DNA of 37,528 nt, from positions 1 through 37,528 of the forward strand of contig JAUCBJ010005400.1 of the NCBI GenBank assembly GCA_032718475.1, in the 5' to 3' direction. This stretch comes from Nemertoderma westbladi. Its lineage: Eukaryota; Animalia; Xenacoelomorpha. The translations under genes and the position numbers were made by a program. The stretch's first letter is position 1, and each line of letters starts with the position of its first letter. Below, piece after piece: positions 1-8,700 of this stretch. The notes beneath the pieces were generated by a model. That model was given only the letters and a program-made list of their open reading frames with translations, was not told where the DNA came from and searched no databases.

Positions 1-160
1 GTTCGGCCTCCTGTTTGCGTTGTTCGGCCTGCCGTTCGGCCTCCTGTTTGCGTTGTTCGGCCTGCCGTTCGGCCTCTCGTCTATGTTGTTCGGCCTCCTG
101 TTCGCCTTGTTCGGCCTGTCGTTCGGCCGCTTGTTCGGCCTCTCGCCTCTGTGTTTCGGC
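1..160 (-). repeat. Coding minisatellite with GTTCGGCC core; 33-bp unit encodes RQAEQRKQEAE
   Basis: 1-33 is repeated exactly at 34-66, and degenerate copies continue to about 160. All are in frame with the Gag-like ORF. Confidence 0.85.
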
Positions 161-787
161 GGCTAGTATGTCTTGCTCGGCTTGCAGTTGAATATACTCA
201 TCTTCCATCCGAGCTTTGAGGGCTAATGCCTTCCGTTCTCTCAGTTGGTCTCGGAGTGGCGGCGCCCCTTGAGAACTGCGCGCTGAGCCGGATATCTCGC
301 TCCTAGCGCTGGAGTGCTGATTTCTGGTGGACCCCATTCTCTTGTGATGTACTCCTGTCCTGATGCTGGAGGATCGTACTGATTCCGCGTCTGTTCTTTC
401 AGCCCTCTTGTAATACTGCTCCTCATAGCCTCTCACCAGGCTGAGGGTCCTCCGGTGTTGTTTGCGGAATCCGTCTAGATGTACAACGTGTTCTTCCAGC
501 TTGGGGTAGTTTTCCTGATCGGTGGGAGGAACGAGCTCTTGGTACGCCTGTATCATTCTTTCGTACCGCTGTAGGATATTTCGGATACTTTGAAGCTGAG
601 TTTGTACCTCATTGAGGGGGGTTTTGACTCCCTTGAGTTGTTTCTCCATCCGTTGATACGCTCGGGTTACTCCGCCTTTAAGAGCCCCTAACCGACGGGT
701 CATGTTCTTGACGTTTGGGACCTCGTCGGCTTCCGAGTCTGTGTGGTGATCCATCTCGTCGGTATCGGATATGTTATTTGTGGTCAT
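2..787 (-). CDS. Gag-like polyprotein N-terminus (partial, 262 codons, open at the window edge; absent from the ORF track)
   Basis: Manual translation from ATG 787: MTTNNISDTDEMDHHTDSEADEVPNVKNMTRRLGALKGGVTRAYQRMEKQL...SSARSEISGSARSSQ...RERKALALKARMEDEYIQLQAEQD...EAERQAEQRKQEAE, with no stop. The order of an R..K..VTR helix, a Ser-rich linker and an Ala/Glu-rich coiled coil resembles BEL/Pao Gag N-termini. Confidence 0.7.
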   Translation of the reverse strand, partial: MTTNNISDTDEMDHHTDSEADEVPNVKNMTRRLGALKGGVTRAYQRMEKQLKGVKTPLNEVQTQLQSIRNILQRYERMIQAYQELVPPTDQENYPKLEEHVVHLDGFRKQHRRTLSLVRGYEEQYYKRAERTDAESVRSSSIRTGVHHKRMGSTRNQHSSARSEISGSARSSQGAPPLRDQLRERKALALKARMEDEYIQLQAEQDILAAETQRREAEQAAERQAEQGEQEAEQHRREAERQAEQRKQEAERQAEQRKQEAE

Positions 788-975
788 TGTAAGGCCTCGT
801 CGATGGCGAGATACGCGATGTCGTAAAACAGTTCCTCGTAGGTATTGTACTCAGCTTGGACCACCCGAACAGTAATCCTGAATCGTCCAACGTTCGTTCC
901 TTGTACCTCAACTTCGACGTGCCAGATTCCTGGCTCAACTTGAATTATATCAATGGGTGTGATCGATACTTCCAT
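784..975 (-). CDS. 63-aa upstream ORF of unknown function; its TGA overlaps the Gag ATG
   Basis: ATG start and protein-like amphipathic pattern (WHVEVEV, RFRITVRVV, then a helical end). TGA at 786-784 overlaps ATG at 787-785. Confidence 0.45.
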   Translation of the reverse strand: MEVSITPIDIIQVEPGIWHVEVEVQGTNVGRFRITVRVVQAEYNTYEELFYDIAYLAIDEALQ

Positions 976-1136
976 TCCCTGTTAACAACTCTCCTGAATT
1001 GTGATCTGCCGACTACGAGTTGGTTAGATCGAGTTTGTTGTTTAATTAAACCACGACTTTGTCTCAACTCAAATACCAGAGTTTCCTCGTAGTGGGTGCT
1101 GGCAAGCACGTAGAGAGTTTTTGAAGAGTATTGAAG

Positions 1137-1154
1137 GATTCTCAACTTCCACCA
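1137..1154 (-). promoter_or_regulatory. Candidate primer-binding site TGGTGGAAGTTGAGAATC
   Basis: The minus strand reads ...TTCA-AC-TGGTGGAAG (CA end, 2 nt, then TGG) about 180 nt upstream of the first ORF. TGGTGGA fits a tRNA-Ala-type 3' end, but the match is poor beyond 7 nt. Confidence 0.35.
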
Positions 1155-1156
1155 GT

Positions 1157-2728
1157 TGAAGTTGACCGCGATAATTATTCTTAATTTTGACACCCTGTCA
1201 AAATTAACCACGTGAATTATTCTTAATTTTGTTGCCGTTATTCCTACACCAGGGGGAAAAACGCCGATGCTGGAGACGTGACTTAACAGACCACCGAGCC
1301 CCGGCCAGTCACCGGATATTGATTGTGGGGAGGGAATATTTCTAAGATGCAAGTTTGCGGTTGAGAAAAGCTGCATTAGTTGGATATACTCTTTAATGTA
1401 ACTGAACTCTGTTGAACCTTGATTAAGAATAATTTTGGGCTTCCCCAAATCAATATACACCAAATATTCACAATAAGTATACACGATAATATAAATCCCT
1501 ACGGTATATTATTTAATAACCCGCTGTTCGCTCAGAATTTTAGCCTACCTAATGTTCCCCAGATTTTCCCTCAGTCCCAGTCTTAGTGCCGTAGTGTCAG
1601 TGTCGGTCCAGTCGGTAGACTCTGTCGCGTATCCGTACCACCCCTCGCGAACCCCGAAGGGTTCGGTCATCGAGAACCAGTACGGCTTGGCTAGGAGTCT
1701 GTCGTGTCGGTGGACCCGTTCGCGTGTCCGTTCCACCCCTCACGAACCCCGAAGGGTTCGATCATCGAGAACCAGAACGGCTTGGCTAGGGGTCCGTCAG
1801 TTCATCACAGAAACCCAACCACCTAGGCTTTCCGAGTCCTTTTCAGGCTCGTAGTTGCTTCGGCAGCCGAGAAACTGCTCCGAACAGTCGGTAGGCCAGT
1901 AGAGTCTAGTCGAGTCTAGTCCTTTGTCTTTCGACCCCATCGCGTGTCCGTTCCACCCCTCACGAACCCCGAAGGGAACGATCATCGAGAACCAGAACGG
2001 CTTGGCTAAGGGGTCTGTCGTCGGTTCCCGTCGCAAATCACAGTCAAGCAGTCAGCGTTCCGAGTCCTTTTCAGGCTCGTAGTAGCTGCAGTTGACCCGA
2101 GACCGCTAAGGGCAGTCCTTGTCAAACCAGTCCTGTGGCCAGCCCTTTCGCATGTCCGTCCCACCCCTCACGAACCCCGAAGGGATCGGTCATCGAGAAC
2201 CAGTACGGCTTAGGTCAGGGGGCAGTCTTAAGTTGGCCACCTGTTCGCGTGTCCGCTCCACCCCTCACGAACCCCGGGGTTCGATCATCGAGACCCAGAA
2301 CGGCTTGGCTACTAAGGGGCCGTCGGTGCCCGTCGCAAATCCCTGACACAAGCAGTCAGCGTTCCGAGTCCTTTTCAGGCTCGTAGTAGCTGCCGTTGGC
2401 CAGGGACCGCTAAGGGCAGTCCTTGTCCTTTAGGCCTGGCGCATTACCAAATCCACCCCTACAGGCAGCAGGAAGTTGGCCAGGGCCTAATAGTACTCAG
2501 GCTAACCTGAATACTGCTTGCATTTTCCATCCCCCCTGGCCCTTATAACTATGAAATTATTCCCGTACCCTGTAAGTTGCCCCAAAGTTCGCCCATAAAT
2601 CGCCCCCAGTTTATTGAATGTGCCCAAAACCCATGGTCCCGCACCCAGTAGTAATATCGGAATAATCAATTTTAATAAAATACAAAAATATTCAACTCGC
2701 GTTATGGAAAGTTGAAATACCGCGAACA
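1157..2728 (-). repeat. Putative 5' LTR (about 1.57 kb)
   Basis: TG...CA termini on the minus strand, with a TATAAG candidate at 2547-2542 and ATTAAA at 1517-1512 followed by a GT-rich tract. The partner LTR is outside the window, so the inner boundary is unverified. Confidence 0.45.
1626..2430 (-). ncRNA. Array of cis-acting structured RNA modules: 5 kink-turn hairpins, 3 GAAA-tetraloop hairpins and 2 short hairpins
   Basis: K modules at 1633-1685, 1728-1780, 1948-2000, 2156-2208 and 2253-2303. GAAA modules at 1833-1851, 2061-2079 and 2365-2383. The cUUCGg and GAAA loops read correctly only on the minus strand. The outer stem changes from CCGTTC/GAACGG to CCGTAC/GTACGG between copies. Confidence 0.55.
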
Positions 2729-5700
2729 CCTATTAATAAATAGTCAGATAGTAGAATGAGCTAGAATAACCTATTTTGGAAGAAGAATGTGCTACTGTAG
2801 AATGACCTATTAATAAATAGTCAGATAGTAGAATGAGCTAGAATAACCTATTTTGGAAGAAGAATGTGCTACTGTAGAATGACCTATCAATAAATAGTCA
2901 GATAGTAGAATGAGCTAGAATAACCTATTTTGGAAGAAGAATGTGCTACTGTAGAATGACCTATTAATAAATAGTCAGATAGTAGAATGAGCTAGAATAA
3001 CCTATTTTGGAAGAAGAATGTGCTACTGTAGAATGACCTATTAATAAAGAATGTGCTACTGTAGAATGACCTATTAATAAATAGTCACATAGTAGAATGA
3101 GCTAGAATAACCTATTTTGGAAGAAGAATGTGCTACTGTAGAATGACCTATTTAATAAATAGTCAGATAGTAGAATGAGCTAGAATGACCTATTAATAAA
3201 TAGTCAGATAGTAGAATGAGCTAGAATGACCTATTTTGGAAGAAGAATGTGCTACTGTAGAATCACCTATTTTGGAAGAAGAATGTGCTACTGTAGAATG
3301 ACCTATTTAATAAATAGTCAGATAGTATAATGAGCTAGAATGACCTATTTTGGAAGAAGAATCTGCTACTGTAGAATTACCTATTTAATAAATAGTAAGA
3401 TAGTAGAATGAGCTAGAATGACCTATTTTGGAAGAAGAATGTGCTACTGTAGAAGCACCTATTTAATAAATAGTCAGATAGTATAATGAGCTAGAATGAC
3501 CTATTTTGGAAGAAGAATGTGCTACTGTAGAATGACCTATTAATAAATAGTCAGATAATAGAATGAGCTAGAATGACCTATTTTGGAAGAAGAATGTGCT
3601 ACTGTAGAATCACCTATTAATAAATAGTCAGATAGTAGAATGAGCTAGAATGACCTATTTTGGAAGAAGAATGTGCTACTGTAGAATCACCTATTTAATA
3701 AATAGTCAGATAGTTGAATGAGCTAGAATGACCTATTAATAAATAGTCAGATAGTAGAATGAGCTAGAATGACCTATTTTGGAAGAAGAATGTGCTACTG
3801 TAGAATCACCTATTTAATAAATAGTCAGATAGTAGAATGAGCTAGAATGACCTATTAATAAATAGTCAAATAGTAGAATGAGCTAGAATGACCTATTTTG
3901 GAAGAAGAATGTGCTACTGTAGAATCACCTATTTAATAAATAGTCAGATAGTAGAATGAGCTAGAATGACCTATTAATAAATAGTCAGATAGTTGAATGA
4001 GCTAGAATAACCTATTTTGGAAGAAGAATGTGCTACTGTAGAATCACCTATTCAATAAATAGTCAGATAGTAGAATGAGCTAGAATGACCTATTAATAAA
4101 TAGTCAGATAGTAGAATGAGCTAGAATGACCTATTTTGGAAGAAGAATGTGCTACTGTAGAATCACCTATTTAATAAATAGTCAGATAGTAGAATGAGCT
4201 AGAATAACCTATTTTGGAAGAAGAATGTGCTACTGTAGAATCACCTATTTAATAAATAGTCAGATAGTAGAATGAGCTAGAATGACCTAATAATAAATAG
4301 TCAGATAGTAGAATGAGCTAGAATGACCTATTTTGGAAGAAGAATGTGCTACTGTAGAATCACCTATTTAATAAATAGTCAGATAGTAGAATGAGCTAGA
4401 ATAACCTATTTTGGAAGAAGAATGTGCTACTGTAGAATGACCTATTAATAAATAGTTAGATAGTAGAATGAGCTAGAATAACCTATTTTGGAAGAAGAAT
4501 GTGCTACTGTAGAATCACCTATTTAATAAATAGTCAGATAGTTGAATGAGCTAGAATGACCTATTTTGGAAGAAGAATGTGCTACTGTAGAATGACCTAT
4601 TTAATAAATAGTCAGATAGTAGAATGAGCTAGAATGACCTATTTTGGAAGAAGAATGTGCTACTGTAGAATGACCTATTTAATAAATAGTCAGATAGTTG
4701 AATGAGCTAGAATGACCTATTTTGGAAGAAGAATGTGCTACTGTAGAATGACCTATTAATAAATAGTCAGATAGTAGAATGAGCTAGAATGACCTATTTT
4801 GGAAGAAGAATGTGCTACTGTAGAATGACCTATTTAATAAATAGTCAGATAGTAGAATGAGCTAGAATGACCTATTAATAAATAGTCAGATAGTAGAATG
4901 AGCTAGAATGACCTATTTTGGAAGAAGAATGTGCTACTGTAGAATCACCTATTTAATAAATAGTCAGATAGTAGAATGAGCTAGAATGACCTATTAATAA
5001 ATAGTCAGATAGTAGAATGAGCTAGAATGACCTATTTTGGAAGAAGAATGTGCTACTGTAGAATCACCTATTAATAAATAGTCAGATAGTAGAATGAGCT
5101 AGAATGACCTATTTTGGAAGAAGAATGTGCTACTGTAGAATGACCTATTTAATAAATAGTCAGATAGTAGAATGAGCTAGAATGACCTATTAATAAATAG
5201 TCAGATAGTAGAATGAGCTAGAATGACCTATTTTGGAAGAAGAATGTGCTACTGTAGAATCACCTATTTAATAAATAGTCAGATAGTTGAATGAGCTAGA
5301 ATAACCTATTTTGGAAGAAGAATGTGCTACTGTAGAATGACCTATTAATAAATAGTCAGATAGTAGAATGAGCTAGAATGACCTATTAATAAGTAGTCAG
5401 GTAGTAGAATGAGCTAGAATGACCTATTTTGGAAGAAGAATGTGCTACTGTAGAATCACCTATTAATAAATAGTCAGATAGTAGAATGAGCTAGAATGAC
5501 CTATTTTGGAAGAAGAATGTGCTACTGTAGAATCACCTATTTAATAAATAGTCAGATAGTAGAATGAGCTAGAATAACCTATTTTGGAAGAAGAATGTGC
5601 TACTGTAGAATGACCTATTAATAAATAGTCAGATAGTAGAATGAGCTAGAATGACCTATTTTGGAAGAAGAATGTGCTACTGTAGAATGACCTATTAATA

Positions 5701-8700
5701 AATAGTCAGATAGTAGAATGAGCTAGAATAACCTATTAATAAATAGTCAGATAGTATAATGAGCTAGAATGACCTATTAATAAATAGTCAGATAGTATAA
5801 TGAGCTAGAATGACCTATTGATAAATAGTCAGATAGTATAATGAGCTAGAATGACCTATTTTGGAAGAAGAATGTGCTACTGTAGAATGACCTATTAATA
5901 AATAGTCAGATAGTAGAATGAGCTAGAATGACCTATTTTGGAAGAAGAATATGCTACTGTAGAATCACCTATTTAATAAATAGTCAGATAGTAGAATGAG
6001 CTAGAATGACCTATTTTGGAAGAAGAATGTGCTACTGTAGAATCACCTATTTAATAAATAGTCAGATAGTAGAATGAGCTAGAATAACCTATTTTTAAAG
6101 AAGAATGTGCTACTGTAGAATAACCTATTAATAAATAGTCAGATAGTAGAATGAGCTAGAATGACCTATTTTGGAAGAAGAATGTGCTACTGTAGAATGA
6201 CCTATTAATAAATAGTCAGATAGTAGAATGAGCTAGTATGACCTATTTTGGAAGAAGAATGTGCTACTGTAGAATGACCTATTAATAAATAGTCAGATAG
6301 TAGAATGAGCTAGAATGACCTATTTTGGAAGAAGAATGTGCTACTGTAGAATCACCTATTTAATAAATAGTAAGATAGTTGAATGAGCTAGAATGACCTA
6401 TTTTGGAAGAAGAATGTGCTACTGTAGAATGACCTATTTAATAAATAGTCAGATAGTAGAATGAGCTAGAATGACCTATTTTGGAAGAAGAATGTGCTAC
6501 TGTAGAATGACCTATTTAATAAATAGTCAGATAGTTGAATGAGCTAGAATGACCTATTTTGGAAGAAGAATGTGCTACTGTAGAATCACCTATTAATAAA
6601 TAGTCAGATAGTAGAATGAGCTAGAATGACCTATTTTGGAAGAAGAATGTGCTACTGTAGAATGACCTATTTTGGAAGAAGAATGTGCTACTGTAGAATG
6701 ACCTATTAATAAATAGTCAGATAGTAGAATGAGCTAGAATGACCTATTTTGGAAGAAGAATGTGCTACTGTAGAATCACCTATTTAATAAATAGTAAGAT
6801 AGTTGAATGAGCTAGAATGACCTATTTTGGAAGAAGAATGTGCTACTGTAGAATGACCTATTAATATATAGTCAGATAGTAGAATGAGCTAGAATGACCT
6901 ATTATGGAAGAAGAATGTGCTACTGTAGAATGACCTATTAATAAATAGTCAGATTGTAGAATGAGCTAGAATGACCTATTTTGGAAGAAGAATGTGCTAC
7001 TGTAGAATGACCTATTTAATAAATAGTCAGATAGTTGAATGAGCTAGAATGAGCTATTTTGGAAGAAGAATGTGCTACTGTAGAATGACCTATTAATAAA
7101 TAGTCAGATAGTAGAATGAGCTAGTATGACCTATTTTGGAAGAAGAATGTGCTACTGTAGAATGACCTATTAATAAATAGTCAGATAGTAGAATGAGCTA
7201 GAATGACCTATTTTGGAAGAAGAATGTGCTACTGTAGAATCACCTATTTAATAAATAGTAAGATAGTTGAATGAGCTAGAATGACCTATTTTGGAAGAAG
7301 AATGTGCTACTGTAGAATGACCTATTTAATAAATAGTCAGATAGTAGAATGAGCTAGAATGACCTATTTTGGAAGAAGAATGTGCTACTGTAGAATCACC
7401 TATTTAATAAATAGTCAGATAGTTGAATGAGCTAGAATGACCTATTTTGGAAGAAGAATGTGCTACTGTAGAATCACCTATTTAATAAATAGTAAGATAG
7501 TTGAATGAGCTAGAATGACCTGTTTTGGAAGAAGAATGTGCTACTGTAGAATGACCTATTTAATAAATAGTCAGATAGTAGAATGAGCTAGAATGACCTA
7601 TTTTGGAAAAAAAATGTGCTAGTGTAGAATCACCTATTTAATAAATAGTAAGATTGTTGAATGAGCTAGAATGACCTATTTTGGAAGAAGAATATGCTAC
7701 TGTAGAATCACCTATTAATAAATAGTCAGATAGTAGAATGAGCTAGAATGACCTATTTTGGAAGAAGAATGTGCTACTGTAGAATGACCTATTTTGGAAG
7801 AAGAATGTGCTACTGTAGAATCACCTATTAATAAATAGTCAGATAGTATAATGAGCTAGAATGACCTATTTTGGAAGAAGAATGTGCTACTGTAGAATCA
7901 CCTATTAATAAATAGTCAGATAGTAGAATGAGCTAGAATGACCTATTTTGGAAGAAGAATGTGCTACTGTAGAATCACCTATTAATAAATAGTCAGATAG
8001 TAGAATGAGCTAGAATGACCTATTAGGGAAGAAGAATGTGCTACTGTAGAATGACCTATTTAATAAATAGTCAGATAGTTGAATGAGCTAGAATGACCTA
8101 TTTTGGAAGAAGAATGTGCTACTGTAGAATGACCTATTTAATAAATAGTCAGATAGTAGAATGAGCTAGAATGACCTATTTTGGAAGAAGAATGTGCTAC
8201 TGTAGAATGACCTATTTAATAAATAGTCAGATAGTTGAATGAGCTAGAATGACCTATTTTGGAAGAAGAATGTGCTACTGTAGAATCACCTATTAATAAA
8301 TAGTCAGATAGTAGAATGAGCTAGAATGACCTATTTTGGAAGAAGAATGTGCTACTGTAGAATGACCTATTTTGGAAGAAGAATGTGCTACTGTAGAATG
8401 ACCTATTAATAAATAGTCAGATAGTAGAATGAGCTAGAATGACCTATTTTGGAAGAAGAATGTGCTACTGTAGAATCACCTATTTAATAAATAGTAAGAT
8501 AGTTGAATGAGCTAGAATGACCTATTTTGGAAGAAGAATGTGCTACTGTAGAATGACCTATTAATATATAGTCAGATAGTAGAATGAGCTAGAATGACCT
8601 ATTATGGAAGAAGAATGTGCTACTGTAGAATGACCTATTAATAAATGGTCAGATTGTAGAATGAGCTAGAATGACCTATTTTGGAAGAAGAATGTGCTAC

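Larger units (their letters stand above)
1..2728 (-). mobile_element. LTR retrotransposon, 5' portion (probably BEL/Pao-like); continues beyond the left edge
   Basis: On the minus strand the element begins TGTTCGCGG at 2728, directly against the first satellite unit (TG/TGTT is a typical LTR start). About 1.6 kb of non-coding sequence follows, then a candidate PBS and a long Gag-like ORF. No pol domain is in the window, so the family call is tentative. Confidence 0.65.

Noticed and set aside
241-426. 61-aa minus-strand ORF
   Set aside because: It is an alternative frame inside the longer Gag-like ORF.
1626-2310. Canonical SECIS elements or box C/D snoRNAs
   Set aside because: The AUGA/GA core is present, but the upper helix is only 7 bp and lacks the apical AA. 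There is no full RUGAUGA/CUGA pair with guide regions. Kept only as generic K-turns.
1626-2430. Hammerhead ribozyme, hairpin ribozyme or group I intron (CTAAGGGCAGTCC resembles the S element)
   Set aside because: I found no CUGANGA...GAAA core, no hairpin-ribozyme loop A/B consensus and no matching R element or P7 pairing.
1525-2728. Alternative element or LTR bounded by the 7-bp inverted repeat TGTTCGC/GCGAACA
   Set aside because: No PBS or TSD adjoins 1525, and the same word occurs at 2242. It cannot be excluded without the second LTR.
945-2729. ORF-track ORFs in the LTR and leader (945-1484, 1545-1736, 1552-1854, 1797-2036, 2119-2386, 2502-2729)
   Set aside because: Several have non-ATG starts, none has a recognisable domain, and their repeated peptides simply mirror the DNA repeats.
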